A stretch of DNA of 64,000 nt, taken from a virus. The stretch is taken from positions 28,050 to 92,049 of the IMG/VR virus record IMGVR_UViG_3300025108_004281; one strand, written 5' to 3'. The translations under genes and the position numbers were made by a program. Of the stretch, positions 21,306 to 32,280 are shown in pieces (within the stretch, counting starts at the first letter, position 1; every line of letters begins with the position of its first letter). Under the pieces are notes generated by a model, which worked only from the letters and a program-made list of their open reading frames with translations, was not told the DNA's origin and ran no database searches.

Positions 21306-23479
21306 TTGACAGTGAATTCAAACTGCTCAATATAATCTACAAGTACTACGCCTTCCTCTATTTTATCAAACAATATTTTTTTACTAATTGGCTTCTTGAC
21401 AACATCTTCGAACAATCTTTTTAAAGGCCTTGCACCCATGCTAGGTTCAAATCCGTTATCTGCAATATATTTCTTAGCCGCTTTGGTAAGTTCAATACTA
21501 ACTTTACTGTCATTACTAGCAAGTAATTCGTTTGTTTCTCTAACAATTTTATCAATAATAAGATTAACTTCTTTCATTCCTAGTTTGTTAAACTTAACAT
21601 AAGAGTCTATCCTGTTTCTAAACTCTGGTGTGAAGAAACTTTTGACTGCTTTTATATCTGTGTCTGTATGTGATGTTTCACCAAATCCAATCTTGCTTGT
21701 TTCTGCCTTGGCGGCACCTAAGTTACTTGTCATTATAAGTGTAACATTACTGAAGTCTACTTGCTTGCCTGTTGCACCTGTAAGTCTACCATCGTCCATT
21801 ACTTGTAGTAACACTTGTAATACTTCTGGTGCGGCTTTCTCTACTTCATCTAGTAGCAACACACAATTAGGATTCTTATCAATTTCAGAAAGCAACATGC
21901 CTTGTCCTAGTTCGCCTTCTGCGTGTCCTACATAACCTGGAGGAGCACCAATTAGTTTACTTACACTATGTCTTTCCATATACTCTGACATGTCAAACTT
22001 AACAAGTTTAATATCTAATTCGTCTGCTAATGCTCTTGCTGTTTCTGTTTTACCTACACCAGTCGGTCCTACAAATAGGAAACTACCAATTGGTTTGTTT
22101 GGTTCTCTTAGGCCTGCTTTACTAACAAGTATACTTTCTACTAGTTTATCGACTGCTTCGTCTTGTCCAAACACTTTCTTTTTAATCTTTTTATCTAACT
22201 TGCTGAAGCCTTTTGTGTCTTTAACATCTACTACTTCTTGTTTAATTTTAGCAATCTTTGATACCTGTGCTACTACTGAGTCAAGATTTACAACTTTCTT
22301 TTCTAATACTTTAGTGACTGCACCTGCGGCATCTACAATGTCTAATGCTTTGTCTGGAAAGTACTTATTCTTAATATATCTGTCTGCCAATTCACATGCT
22401 TTTTCTATAGCACCTTCTTCATACTTGACTTTGTGGAACTCTTCGTAGTATGGCTGTAAGCCTTGGCATATTTTAATAGTATCTTTAAGTGTTGTTTCTT
22501 CTACGTCTAGTCTTGCAAACCTACGCATCAATGCTCTATCTTTCTCAAACGTACTTGCAAACTCATCTGGTGTAGTTGCACCAATACACAATAGTTTACC
22601 TTTGCCTAACAATGGCTTTAACATGTTTGCCGCATCTACTTGACTGCTACCAGCACTACCGGCACCCATAATCATATGTATTTCGTCAATAAACAGAATA
22701 GCATTTTCGTTCTTTTCTATCTGTTCTAAAACTGTTTTTAGTCTTTCTTCAAAGTCACCTCTAAACTTTGTACCTGCTAACATTGTACCAACATCTATTT
22801 GATAAACAGTTTTATCTTCTAGTGTTTTAGGAACTTGCTTGTTGATAATTTTCCATGCCATACCTTCTGCAATAGCAGTTTTACCTACTCCGGGTTCACC
22901 AACTAAGCATACGTTATTCTTTTTACGTCTAGCAAGTATTTCAACAACATCATTTACTTCTTCGCTTCTACCAATGAGAGGATCAATACTTCCGTTCATT
23001 GCTTCTTCGTTTAAGTTTTTAATGTAGTCTTGTGTTTCTTCTACTAGTTCGCCTTCAACGACATCGCCTAATATTTCAATTAAATTTTCTCTATGGCAAC
23101 CATTAACTGCTAAAAAATATGCACTATGTGAATTTTCTTCATTTGTAATACTAACTAGCAAATCAATTGCAGATATTTTATCTCTACCATTAAAGATACT
23201 TTGTGCAAATGCTCTTTGAAAGACACGTTCAACTGCTACAGTTTTCTTAGGCTTGCCTGTGCTACCGCCTTCTGATTTAAGATTGTTGTACTCATCGTCA
23301 TTAAGATAAGTCACAATGTCTGCTTCTAATTGTTTAATTTCAACATTACATTCACCTAATACTTTTTTAATCTCTTTATCTTTAATAAGAGCCAGAGCAA
23401 CATGCTCTAGAGTCATATACTCATGACTAAATTGATTAGATATTTCGTATGCTTTTTCTATAATTCCTTCAACATTCAT
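21302..23479 (-). CDS. clpA: ATP-dependent Clp protease ATP-binding subunit ClpA
   Basis: Clp-N domain, Walker A GEPGVGKT and [11 protein letters not shown] ClpP-docking loop, GARPL; no ClpB middle domain. Confidence 0.92.
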   Translation of the reverse strand: MNVEGIIEKAYEISNQFSHEYMTLEHVALALIKDKEIKKVLGECNVEIKQLEADIVTYLNDDEYNNLKSEGGSTGKPKKTVAVERVFQRAFAQSIFNGRDKISAIDLLVSITNEENSHSAYFLAVNGCHRENLIEILGDVVEGELVEETQDYIKNLNEEAMNGSIDPLIGRSEEVNDVVEILARRKKNNVCLVGEPGVGKTAIAEGMAWKIINKQVPKTLEDKTVYQIDVGTMLAGTKFRGDFEERLKTVLEQIEKNENAILFIDEIHMIMGAGSAGSSQVDAANMLKPLLGKGKLLCIGATTPDEFASTFEKDRALMRRFARLDVEETTLKDTIKICQGLQPYYEEFHKVKYEEGAIEKACELADRYIKNKYFPDKALDIVDAAGAVTKVLEKKVVNLDSVVAQVSKIAKIKQEVVDVKDTKGFSKLDKKIKKKVFGQDEAVDKLVESILVSKAGLREPNKPIGSFLFVGPTGVGKTETARALADELDIKLVKFDMSEYMERHSVSKLIGAPPGYVGHAEGELGQGMLLSEIDKNPNCVLLLDEVEKAAPEVLQVLLQVMDDGRLTGATGKQVDFSNVTLIMTSNLGAAKAETSKIGFGETSHTDTDIKAVKSFFTPEFRNRIDSYVKFNKLGMKEVNLIIDKIVRETNELLASNDSKVSIELTKAAKKYIADNGFEPSMGARPLKRLFEDVVKKPISKKILFDKIEEGVVLVDYIEQFEFTVK

Positions 23480-23487
23480 AATAGTAT

Positions 23488-24297
23488 TTAATTATTTCTC
23501 CTACGTTCTTGATTAATTCTTCGTATAAGGTTAACATGATCATGATCTATGGATTCGGGTGCAGTAACAGACACTTGTAAAAGGAAGTCTCCTACTATAC
23601 TGCTACGTGGATTTGTAAAACCCTCTCCTCTTAATTTAAGTCTAGAGTTAGGTTGTGTTAGTGCCGGAATGTTTACTGATAACATCCTGCCATTAACATG
23701 CCTAACTTCAATAGTGGTACCAACAATGGCTTCTAGATAATCAATTTCTACAATACCAATAAGGTCGTTACCATTTTTAGCAAATTCTCTATGTGGCTGA
23801 TATCTGACTCTTACAAATAAATTACCTGGCGGTAAGTTAGGATCTTGCTGTGGGCCTTTGCCATGTAAAGTGAAACGAGTACCTTCTTCTGTGCCTTTTG
23901 GTATATTGAGATCTATAACACCTGTACCAACATCTATTCTTTTTGTTACACCAAAAAACACATCTTCCAATGATAATAGTATATCTGTTTGAGCATCAAA
24001 GTTTTGTTCTCTACGACGTTGACCTCTTTGTCCAAATATATCTCTAAATATATCTCCAAACGGATTGGCGCCACTAAAAGGATCACCACCACCAAAGCCT
24101 TCAAAAGGATTAGGATTATCATACTGACTACGTTTTTGTGGATCACTTAGTGTGTCGTATGCTTCTTGCACTCTTTTGAATTCTTCAGGGTTACCGCCTT
24201 TGTCAGGATGATGCTTACTCGCTAATTTGCGATATGCTTTTTTGATAGCGGAGGCATCAGCATCGCGGCTAACCCCCAATGTTTGGTAGTGATCCAT
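23488..24297 (-). CDS. dnaJ: DnaJ/CbpA-type co-chaperone (no zinc finger)
   Basis: J-domain with HPD, G/F linker, C-terminal domain; sigma70 promoter 24306-24334. Confidence 0.9.
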   Translation of the reverse strand: MDHYQTLGVSRDADASAIKKAYRKLASKHHPDKGGNPEEFKRVQEAYDTLSDPQKRSQYDNPNPFEGFGGGDPFSGANPFGDIFRDIFGQRGQRRREQNFDAQTDILLSLEDVFFGVTKRIDVGTGVIDLNIPKGTEEGTRFTLHGKGPQQDPNLPPGNLFVRVRYQPHREFAKNGNDLIGIVEIDYLEAIVGTTIEVRHVNGRMLSVNIPALTQPNSRLKLRGEGFTNPRSSIVGDFLLQVSVTAPESIDHDHVNLIRRINQERRRNN

Positions 24298-24337
24298 ATT
24301 AACTTATTATAATGTTCTTTGACAGAAATGTCAAGTG

Positions 24338-24760
24338 TTAATCGTCTTTTGTGAGTTTTTTTGGCTCAAAGTCACTAGACTTAATAATACTGCTACTGTC
24401 TTCTTTGCCTTGCTGTTCTTCTGGCTCATAGTATTGTTTATATGCTTCTATGATTGCTCTGTACTTTATGATTTGATTTCTCATTTGCACATTGTTTTTT
24501 TGTAATAGTTCGTAATCTTCGTCAGTAAGACCAAATAATACAGCATCTATGTTTGCTTTTTTAAGTTCAGCAAATACTTCTTCTTGGTTGCCTTCGTTTA
24601 TAATCTTCCAATTAATTTGCTCCAATGCTACAACTGGAGGCATATCTAAGTCTAAAGGCATACGTTCTACTTCTTTAGTAAAGATTTCTAAAGACTTTGT
24701 AGATGCACAACCACTAATAAGGAACGTAATTAGGATTGGCAATATTAGTGCATTCTGCAT
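24338..24760 (-). CDS. Outer-membrane spanin-like lipoprotein (o-spanin)
   Basis: Lipobox LISG-C after a hydrophobic signal; overlaps the end of the i-spanin gene. Confidence 0.7.
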   Translation of the reverse strand: MQNALILPILITFLISGCASTKSLEIFTKEVERMPLDLDMPPVVALEQINWKIINEGNQEEVFAELKKANIDAVLFGLTDEDYELLQKNNVQMRNQIIKYRAIIEAYKQYYEPEEQQGKEDSSSIIKSSDFEPKKLTKDD

Positions 24761-25199
24761 TAATCTGCGATTTCTTAGTTGCATTTAACTCCTCCTCTGT
24801 TAGTGGTGAGCCTTGTGCTATTTCAAAACACCTTGCTCTTTGTTTTTCTCTTTTGCCTTCTATTCTTTGTATACTTTTAGGCTTTGCTACTGCTAATGCA
24901 CCAACATCTCTTCTTTCGCCTGATGCATTTACTTTGTTAAACTTTTCATTTGCAAGATTTAAATCTGCTGTAAGTTTAGCATTGTTTTCATTTAACTGGT
25001 TATTGAGTGCGGTCTTAGTTTCTATATCACGTAACTGTTGCTCAATAACTGCTTGTTGTTGCTCAACAGCATTATTAAGTTTTTCATTGTTTAGTGTAAG
25101 GATTTCGTTTTCTGCTTTTAGATGTTGTACATACCATAAGCCTCCTGCGGCTCCGGACAACATTAGAAAAAAGAAAACTAGTTTAATTTGACCCAACAT
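24714..25199 (-). CDS. Inner-membrane spanin-like protein (i-spanin)
   Basis: N-terminal TM, long coiled coil, C-terminal Cys residues. Confidence 0.7.
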   Translation of the reverse strand: MLGQIKLVFFFLMLSGAAGGLWYVQHLKAENEILTLNNEKLNNAVEQQQAVIEQQLRDIETKTALNNQLNENNAKLTADLNLANEKFNKVNASGERRDVGALAVAKPKSIQRIEGKREKQRARCFEIAQGSPLTEEELNATKKSQINAECTNIANPNYVPY

Positions 25200-25413
25200 G
25201 TCTCTCTACTACTTCACATAGTGCAGACACAGTCATTATATCAAATGTTTCTTCTTCTGGTATGGATATACCTAGTTTGGATTCTATCTGAACAAATACA
25301 TCAACTATGTCAAATTCATCACCGCCTAAGTCGTCCATTATATGACTGTCTACAGTAATATCTTTATCTTTGCCAAAATGTCCTTCTAGGACTTCTAAAA
25401 TTTCTACTCTCAT
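25183..25413 (-). CDS. Acyl carrier protein-like protein lacking the phosphopantetheine Ser
   Basis: Aligns with AcpP (DLGADSLD here reads DLGGDEFD; IESKLGISIPEEE; TVSAL). Confidence 0.75.
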   Translation of the reverse strand: MRVEILEVLEGHFGKDKDITVDSHIMDDLGGDEFDIVDVFVQIESKLGISIPEEETFDIMTVSALCEVVERHVGSN

Positions 25414-26165
25414 ATTTTTCTCAATAACATAACATCGTCACTGCCTTCTCTAGAAATTGTAAACCTACCATCGCTAAAGTTATTAATTGCGTATGTTTTA
25501 CCAATTGCATCAGCAAATGCCAAGTCATCGCTTAACATACTTCTAATAGGTTCTGATGAAATGTCTTCTAGTATATCTTTTTGACCAAAGTTGACTAATT
25601 CAAATTCAAATACTCTTTTACCTCTTTGAAATTGTATTGTATCTCTTTCTGTGTCTTTATCTAAACTTACGTTTGACATTAAACTGTCAATTAAAAAGTT
25701 ACCTAAGTTTTCTTTGTAAGCAGATTCTTCTGCTTGTACTTTGTTTTGTTGGAATGTTTTTTTATCTACATACATATCTGGGTCCACTATTACAAAATCT
25801 TTCCATGTATCTTCGTGTAGTTTGAAATCTTGTTCTGCATAGTAAGGCTTTACAGTCCATGCTAATTTACCAGACAAGTTCTCTACATCATGTAAAATTT
25901 TATCTAATTTCTCAAAGACTTTATCGTCTCTGTCTACTTCAACAAACACCATGTAGTGTCCGTCTTCATTTGAGGCAGGTGATGCCTCGCAATCTAATGT
26001 TTCGTATGCTCCGGCCTCAATAAAGTTTGATAAGTCTTTAGCAGGATCAAGATCATCTACATAAAAGCCTATAACAATAACGTCTTTGTTGTCACCTGTT
26101 TTAGGTGCAAATTCGTCTAGGCTTACTTTAGGTATAACTAAGTCTACTAAATCTTCGTGCTTCAT
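25410..26165 (-). CDS. Conserved phage hypothetical protein
   Basis: 251-aa acidic ORF in a late operon. Confidence 0.7.
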   Translation of the reverse strand: MKHEDLVDLVIPKVSLDEFAPKTGDNKDVIVIGFYVDDLDPAKDLSNFIEAGAYETLDCEASPASNEDGHYMVFVEVDRDDKVFEKLDKILHDVENLSGKLAWTVKPYYAEQDFKLHEDTWKDFVIVDPDMYVDKKTFQQNKVQAEESAYKENLGNFLIDSLMSNVSLDKDTERDTIQFQRGKRVFEFELVNFGQKDILEDISSEPIRSMLSDDLAFADAIGKTYAINNFSDGRFTISREGSDDVMLLRKI

Positions 26166-26716
26166 TATATGCCGCCTCCTAGTGGATCTGCTGGTGCAGG
26201 TGCTGATGGATCAACTCCTTGTTGTAACATTGCACCTTCGTCTGCATCCTGTGTAGATATAACATCGTCATTTATTTTAGTTTCTGCTTCATCATAATGT
26301 TCTAAATACTTTCTTGGTATTCTTAATTCGACTAACCATACAGGATCTGATTCTGTTTTAGTTTTTCTGTACACTCTATTACGTTTGATTTCGACTTCTA
26401 TATCATCTGGACCCATTATCTTTTTAGGATATTCAAATACATCTTCATTAAATTTAACTTTGCAATCTTTGTTAGTTAAACGTAATGCTCCTTCTGGGTC
26501 TGGCATATCGTTTTTATCATACATCAATGTTAGGTCAATCCAGTATTTACTAGGACGTCCTACTTCGACTATCTTGCCCTTCTTCCAGTTCTTAAATGCA
26601 TAAATACCTAGGTGCTCAAACAGACCATCTAGTTCTAATAGCATATCAAGAAGTGTACGATCTTGGTTGATTGCTTTAATAGTGTTGTTTATATCTTCAG
26701 ATGTATATTTTGACAT
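26165..26716 (-). CDS. Conserved phage hypothetical protein
   Basis: GATAAATA-N5-ATG start at 26716 (MSKYTSED). Confidence 0.7.
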   Translation of the reverse strand: MSKYTSEDINNTIKAINQDRTLLDMLLELDGLFEHLGIYAFKNWKKGKIVEVGRPSKYWIDLTLMYDKNDMPDPEGALRLTNKDCKVKFNEDVFEYPKKIMGPDDIEVEIKRNRVYRKTKTESDPVWLVELRIPRKYLEHYDEAETKINDDVISTQDADEGAMLQQGVDPSAPAPADPLGGGI

Positions 26717-26833
26717 ACAAGTATTTATCAAAGTTATTAAATGAGTTGTTTTAACATTGACGTCAAATACTAAATAATATTACATGATGATTAACAACCA
26801 TTTAAAAAGTTGTAGAAATACATACAGAACCCC

Positions 26834-26864
26834 ACCGTTCATGGAACCCATGCACGGTTTTTTT
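26834..26864 (+). terminator. Terminator-like hairpin in the phoH leader (possible attenuator)
   Basis: ACCGU-U-CAUGG-AAC-CCAUG-C-ACGGU plus U-tract, upstream of the phoH SD. Confidence 0.45.
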
Positions 26865-26887
26865 ATGGCTCTAATAAGGAGACAACC

Positions 26888-27637
26888 ATGTCAAGAAAAA
26901 AACGCAAAGAACGAGAATTCAAGGCGAAAATACGCCAACTACAAACGGAGGAATTAATATTGAAACTTGATAACAGATATAATACGAAGACGGCTAATTG
27001 TACAGTAGTACCTAGAAACATAACCCAAGACAATTTACTTGCATCACTAGAGCATACAAATACGTCTATTACATTTGCTGTAGGACCAGCAGGTACGGGT
27101 AAAACATATATTGCTACAAAGAAGGCCGTACAGTCGTTAATGTCTGGAATGGTGTCCAAAATAGTTATTACAAGGCCAGCAATAAGTGTTGATGAGCAAC
27201 ACGGCTTCTTACCTGGTACATTACAGGATAAGATGGCTCCATGGACTAGGCCAATTATAGATATTTTTGAGGAACACTTTACACCCAGTCACATAGAAAA
27301 TATGATAGACGCAAACATTATTGAGATTGCACCACTGGCATATATGAGAGGTAGAACATTTAAAAACTCATTTGTTATTGCAGATGAAATGCAAAATGCA
27401 ACTATTGAACAGATGAAAATGCTTTTAACTAGAATAGGCGTAGGCAGTAAAATGGTTATTACTGGTGACTTACGTCAACATGATAGAGGCTTTGGTGACA
27501 ATGGATTAAAGGATTTCTTAGAAAGACTAGAAGAAAAGGATTACGAATTCATTAGAACAATAGAATTTACTAGCAAAGATATAGAAAGGCACCCTGCTGT
27601 TGCAGAAATACTAAGTGTCTATAATGATTTAAACTAA
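26888..27637 (+). CDS. phoH: PhoH-family ATPase
   Basis: GPAGTGKT, GFLPG, YMRGRTF, ADEMQN, TGDLRQHD, RHP. Confidence 0.95.
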   Translation: MSRKKRKEREFKAKIRQLQTEELILKLDNRYNTKTANCTVVPRNITQDNLLASLEHTNTSITFAVGPAGTGKTYIATKKAVQSLMSGMVSKIVITRPAISVDEQHGFLPGTLQDKMAPWTRPIIDIFEEHFTPSHIENMIDANIIEIAPLAYMRGRTFKNSFVIADEMQNATIEQMKMLLTRIGVGSKMVITGDLRQHDRGFGDNGLKDFLERLEEKDYEFIRTIEFTSKDIERHPAVAEILSVYNDLN

Positions 27638-27838
27638 TCTTTGTAAGATAATTTCGCTAACTTGGCCGACTTGGTTATGCTCTAAATCATACAAGTCGGT
27701 CATCCTATCAACTGCACTTTTAATAGCAACCAGAGGGTCGCTTTTGTTTTGTTTAATATGCGTGTAGACAAACCCACCTTCTCTAAATTCAGGCTCGTAC
27801 TTAATCATTTCTTCTGCTACTGTAACCAGGTCGACCAT
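27629..27838 (-). CDS. Hypothetical protein
   Basis: 69 aa at the end of the minus-strand operon. Confidence 0.5.
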   Translation of the reverse strand: MVDLVTVAEEMIKYEPEFREGGFVYTHIKQNKSDPLVAIKSAVDRMTDLYDLEHNQVGQVSEIILQRLV

Positions 27839-28356
27839 AATGATAACTCGTTGATTTCTATTTCTTGTGGTTTATCAATGCACCACTTAATTGCTTCTGC
27901 TACTGTTTCAGGTGAAAGTTTATTGTAATCTTTAGCACGTGGCGGTATCATATCAGTATCTACATAGCCTGGATTAATATTAATTACTCTGACTCTTTTA
28001 TTCATATCGCTGAATACATTAGATTGTGCTATATGATCTAAATGCTTTTTATCTGCTCCATACAATGATGTCCTAACACCGTCATACTTGCTTCTACTAT
28101 TAATATTTACAATAGTTTTAGTATCGTCTGTTCTCCACAAGTTAAACAATTGATCAAAAAGTTCAGATTGTTTAGTGCCACTGTATGCATTATTAATAAA
28201 CATATCACAGGAGTTGGCTGTCATTATGATAGGTTTGATTTCATTTATATCAAAGCCATTGCTTCTACTCATACCAATTACATCATGCTCTTTGCTTAGT
28301 AAATCAAAACATGCTTTACCAATGCCTTTGCTATGTCCTGTAATTGCTATTTTCAA
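27817..28356 (-). CDS. Short-chain dehydrogenase/reductase
   Basis: TGHSKGIG, NNA, YxxxK (YGADK), NPGYVDT. Confidence 0.85.
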   Translation of the reverse strand: MKIAITGHSKGIGKACFDLLSKEHDVIGMSRSNGFDINEIKPIIMTANSCDMFINNAYSGTKQSELFDQLFNLWRTDDTKTIVNINSRSKYDGVRTSLYGADKKHLDHIAQSNVFSDMNKRVRVININPGYVDTDMIPPRAKDYNKLSPETVAEAIKWCIDKPQEIEINELSLWSTWLQ

Positions 28357-28601
28357 CTGTTCTTCCTTTTAAAGTACATGTAGATTCCATAGGCACTGAT
28401 TATAAACCAAAAGAATTCTATTACCAAACTTGCTAGGTTAGGTGTGTAAACTAGACTAACTGTTACAAGTATTGCTACAATTAAGTTATTGAAACTGTAC
28501 CAAAAACCCTTAGGGTCTATGCGTTCTAATTGTAATAATGCGTATGTGACTATAAGTAATGCCACACCTGTGAATCCTATTATATCGGGTATTGTAATCA
28601 T
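28353..28601 (-). CDS. Small 3-TM membrane protein (CBU_0592-like)
   Basis: DIIGFTGVALLIVTYALLQ...N...IEFFW pattern. Confidence 0.65.
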   Translation of the reverse strand: MITIPDIIGFTGVALLIVTYALLQLERIDPKGFWYSFNNLIVAILVTVSLVYTPNLASLVIEFFWFIISAYGIYMYFKRKNS

Positions 28602-29017
28602 GCTGATGCTGTATATTGTTTTGATATGTATTGCATTTTCCTAAACACACTCATCATACCAATTTGTCTTTGCATACTAAGTTGAGCACCTAATGGTATC
28701 TTTTGTACGGAAGACATGTTAAAATTAAGCATATCATTTGGTTGGTAACCACTGAATGCCTCTACTAAAATATGTAATAAACCTTTAACAAGTTTACTGT
28801 CTGAATGTGCATAGAATTGCAATGTATTGTTTTCGTCTAGTATGTGTGTTAACCACACATCGCTTTGACATCCTGCAACATAGTTTTCGTCATTAATCAT
28901 TTCTGTAACACCAATACCTGCAAGACTGTCGCCTAATTCAATTAAGTATTCATAACGGTCTAAATCAGTTTCTAATGCTTCTAGTGTTTCTACTATGGGT
29001 TCTATAGTTGCTATCAT
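28598..29017 (-). CDS. sufE: SufE-like sulfur acceptor
   Basis: RYEYLIELG, VAGCQSDVW (active Cys), SDSKLVKGL. Confidence 0.88.
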   Translation of the reverse strand: MIATIEPIVETLEALETDLDRYEYLIELGDSLAGIGVTEMINDENYVAGCQSDVWLTHILDENNTLQFYAHSDSKLVKGLLHILVEAFSGYQPNDMLNFNMSSVQKIPLGAQLSMQRQIGMMSVFRKMQYISKQYTASA

Positions 29018-29811
29018 CTTATCTTCTTGTTTTTACTAACTGCTTTTTCTAGCAGTGATAATTTAATGTTTTTACTTTGAGCATAATTGATTAATGCTTC
29101 TGTGTCCTTAGGAAAACAATGTCCACCAAAGCCAAACTCGCCATCAGTCCCGGGCACTTTCATATGACTATTGCCCATGCGTGGATCTCTTGTTAGCATA
29201 TCTGTAAACTGATCCCAACTAACCATACTGCTACTTGCTTGTTGTAGGTTGTATAGTTCATTAAAGAAAACAACTTTAGTTGCTAACCAACTATTAATAG
29301 TATACTTAATCAAACTTGCAGTACTCAAGTCTACTTTGAATGTCGGAACTACTCTCACATTGCTATACCTATTGTATGCTTTTTCAACTGTGTCGCAGTC
29401 TTTCCATTTCCCTCCGAGTACTTGCATGTTTGGATTAACAAAGTCCTGTGAAGCATTTGCTTCAGTGAGAAACTCTGGATTATAAACTATTTTTAATTTG
29501 TAGGATTTTTTAAATATATGTAAGTAGTCAGGTATAATTGTGCTTTTAACAACAACTATACCTTTATACTCACAATCGTTTAATTCTTGTAGAACTTCAG
29601 TAACAATGTCTACATTAACACTACCGTCTTCATTAGGTGGTGTCGGAACACAAACGAAAGTAAGTGGTGGATCAAAGTCATTGACAAGTTTATCAATTGT
29701 GTTGTCCTCTGAAATTTTAGGATCCACCACGTACTGTTCTATATTAGAAAAGCCATCACTGACAGCACTTCCTACAAAACCTTTACCTATAATTCCTATT
29801 TTATACTTCAT
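29014..29811 (-). CDS. UDP-glucose/GDP-mannose dehydrogenase-family protein (short form)
   Basis: GKGFVG, CVPTP, KST, YNPEFL, GFGGHCFPKD. Confidence 0.88.
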   Translation of the reverse strand: MKYKIGIIGKGFVGSAVSDGFSNIEQYVVDPKISEDNTIDKLVNDFDPPLTFVCVPTPPNEDGSVNVDIVTEVLQELNDCEYKGIVVVKSTIIPDYLHIFKKSYKLKIVYNPEFLTEANASQDFVNPNMQVLGGKWKDCDTVEKAYNRYSNVRVVPTFKVDLSTASLIKYTINSWLATKVVFFNELYNLQQASSSMVSWDQFTDMLTRDPRMGNSHMKVPGTDGEFGFGGHCFPKDTEALINYAQSKNIKLSLLEKAVSKNKKIR

Positions 29812-31342
29812 TAAGTAACCAATTTAATTTTTTATTTACATACCTATTTACTGTTTGATCTGTAATATAAGTTGCTTTTTGAACAAGACCTAATCCTGAC
29901 AAGGTTTCTTTTTGTTCATACCAGTCGTTTCTTGATGATGCTATGCCTTGTGCCATGACACTTTGCCAAGTAAATGCTTCAATATGATTTGTTATGACAT
30001 TTCTTTTTTGTATTGCTTTTGAGGCTATGTCAGTACGTTCTTTTGCTTCTGATTTATTAGTGTATTCGTTTGACCATTCTAATGTATTTTCGTCTATGGT
30101 GTAACCAAATCTTTCTGGGTATATATCTATATCAGCAAAGGCGCCTTCGTCCCATGCTAACCATTCTCCACCAAAGTCTTTGTAGCCAGGATGATTCTTT
30201 TTAGGCTCAATGATTAATGTTATAGTACCAGCATTATCAACAAGTAAATTGTCTTCACAGTATCTTAAATTTTTTTCAAACTCTTCGTAACTGTCGTTTG
30301 CTAATCCAAATATAAAACCTGAACTAATCCAAAAGTCATCTATTTCTTTTCTTAACCTTTGAGAAACATACACAAGATCTTCTATTGTGCTTTTCTTTCT
30401 TGTGGCTTTTATTGCGGCATTACCAAAACTTTCTATACCAAAGTTAGCACCATTCATTCCAATTTCTTTATACAAATCAATTTGGTGAGGTCTTTTTGCC
30501 ATAACATCAAGTCTAGCAAAAGATGTTATTCTGGGTTTGAAACTTAATTTATTAACAACTTTAGCAAGTAATTCAAGTTTTTCATCTGACTCATTAATTG
30601 TATCGTCTGCGGCGTAAAAGTGTGTAATACCGTATGTATCATATGCGTGTTGCATTGTGTAATAAAGTTGCTCTTCGCAATTCATATATAAAGTCTTAGA
30701 CGCTCGTAATGGATAATTGCAAAAACTACAATTAAATTTACAGCCTAATGCAACTTCAAATCCTATTACGTCAGTAGATTCTAAAAAGTCATCATCTTTA
30801 AATAAACCGTATGTAATAGGTTTTTCAATGTCATAATTATAATTATGGTTAGCAAAAATATTTGTAAACTCTGGATTTTGTATAAACTTTGACATGTCTT
30901 TACCAGCAACAAAATCTGTTAGCATTTCTGCACATCTACCTAAGAAAATACCATCGCAATGTTTCATGTATTCCATGTCGTTACGTTGTACTCTTCTATT
31001 GCCTCCATATAATATTTTTGCATTAGGCAATTTACTTTTAATTTTACGAGCAAGTGCAATATACTCTTGCTCTAGTCCCATAGATAGAGTGGCACTTATA
31101 CATATAAACTGTACATCTGAATTGCGTAAAAAATTTATTACACCTTTGATTAAGTCTTCTTCGTCAAAATGAAAACAAAAATCTATAACAGTTGATTCTA
31201 CACCTAACTTTTCAAATTCGTGTTTGATAACATGAGCACCTAAAGATCTGTAGTTTGCTGGAAAAGTAGAACGAATTATTTCTTTAGATATTCTTGGCTT
31301 TTGTTTGTTAGATTCAGATATAACAACTGCTTTCTTTTTCAT
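29801..31342 (-). CDS. B12-binding-domain radical SAM protein
   Basis: CKFNCSFC, ADD, GIES, FIFGL; N-terminal cobalamin-binding-like region. Confidence 0.8.
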   Translation of the reverse strand: MKKKAVVISESNKQKPRISKEIIRSTFPANYRSLGAHVIKHEFEKLGVESTVIDFCFHFDEEDLIKGVINFLRNSDVQFICISATLSMGLEQEYIALARKIKSKLPNAKILYGGNRRVQRNDMEYMKHCDGIFLGRCAEMLTDFVAGKDMSKFIQNPEFTNIFANHNYNYDIEKPITYGLFKDDDFLESTDVIGFEVALGCKFNCSFCNYPLRASKTLYMNCEEQLYYTMQHAYDTYGITHFYAADDTINESDEKLELLAKVVNKLSFKPRITSFARLDVMAKRPHQIDLYKEIGMNGANFGIESFGNAAIKATRKKSTIEDLVYVSQRLRKEIDDFWISSGFIFGLANDSYEEFEKNLRYCEDNLLVDNAGTITLIIEPKKNHPGYKDFGGEWLAWDEGAFADIDIYPERFGYTIDENTLEWSNEYTNKSEAKERTDIASKAIQKRNVITNHIEAFTWQSVMAQGIASSRNDWYEQKETLSGLGLVQKATYITDQTVNRYVNKKLNWLLNEV

Positions 31343-31353
31343 GCTAATATTTA

Positions 31354-32280
31354 TTAACCCATAGCATTCATCTCTAGTTCTACTAGAGTTGCACTAAGGT
31401 TAATCTCTGGGTCTGCACAAGACACACTCTTCACCATACCGTCTCTTATGATAACAATGCTTTGGTCTTGCTTCAGTGGCTCTGCTCCCCATAAATCTAA
31501 GTTCCTGTATAAAAACTTAAACACATCTTCGTATTCTTCGGGCCTTGCTTGGTCACAAATAAGTGTTCTTGCTTCTTTGTATTTGCCTGCTTTGAATAAC
31601 TCTACCATAGATAGCATCCAGTCGCTTTGTGCGGCATCGCCATCTTGAGGACTTTGTAATACACCGTCGACTACATTTTGTTGTACCAAGTTGATGCTCT
31701 TACGAAGATCTGGATAACTTGCTTGTACATAAGTGTCAAGGGTTTCTAAATCTATCTGTACGCCCTCTTCAACACAGATAGTTGCTATCCTGGCTGTAAA
31801 TTCATTTATGTCTAGTTTCTCAATATGGAAACCTTGGGACCTAGAATGAAGAGCCGGGATAATTCTTTGTGGGTAGTTACAGGTTAATATGAACCTAGCA
31901 GTTGTATGATACATTTCCATCATACCACGTAACGCCGCCTGCCCATTAGGAGTAATGTAATCTGCTTCATCTAGCAATACATACTTAAACTCTCCAAACG
32001 GCATAGTACTCACAAAGTTTGTGATTCTATCTCTAATAACGTCAATACCATTTTCGTTACTAGCATTAATTTCAAGTATATCAAATTGATCTACTTCTAA
32101 ACTGTGTAGCAATACCTTTGCTAATGTAGTTTTACCTGTACCTGGAGCACCACTAAACAGTAAGTGTGGCAATGCACCATCATTAATCCAGCCTTCTATC
32201 TGCTTACGTTGATTGATATCTCTAAATACATATCCATCTACTGTGTTAGGTCTGTATTTTTCTACCCATAATTCTTTCAT
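31354..32280 (-). CDS. Clamp loader (RFC small subunit/gp44-like)
   Basis: LWVEKYRP, GAPGTGKT, LDEAD, FILTCNY. Confidence 0.93.
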   Translation of the reverse strand: MKELWVEKYRPNTVDGYVFRDINQRKQIEGWINDGALPHLLFSGAPGTGKTTLAKVLLHSLEVDQFDILEINASNENGIDVIRDRITNFVSTMPFGEFKYVLLDEADYITPNGQAALRGMMEMYHTTARFILTCNYPQRIIPALHSRSQGFHIEKLDINEFTARIATICVEEGVQIDLETLDTYVQASYPDLRKSINLVQQNVVDGVLQSPQDGDAAQSDWMLSMVELFKAGKYKEARTLICDQARPEEYEDVFKFLYRNLDLWGAEPLKQDQSIVIIRDGMVKSVSCADPEINLSATLVELEMNAMG

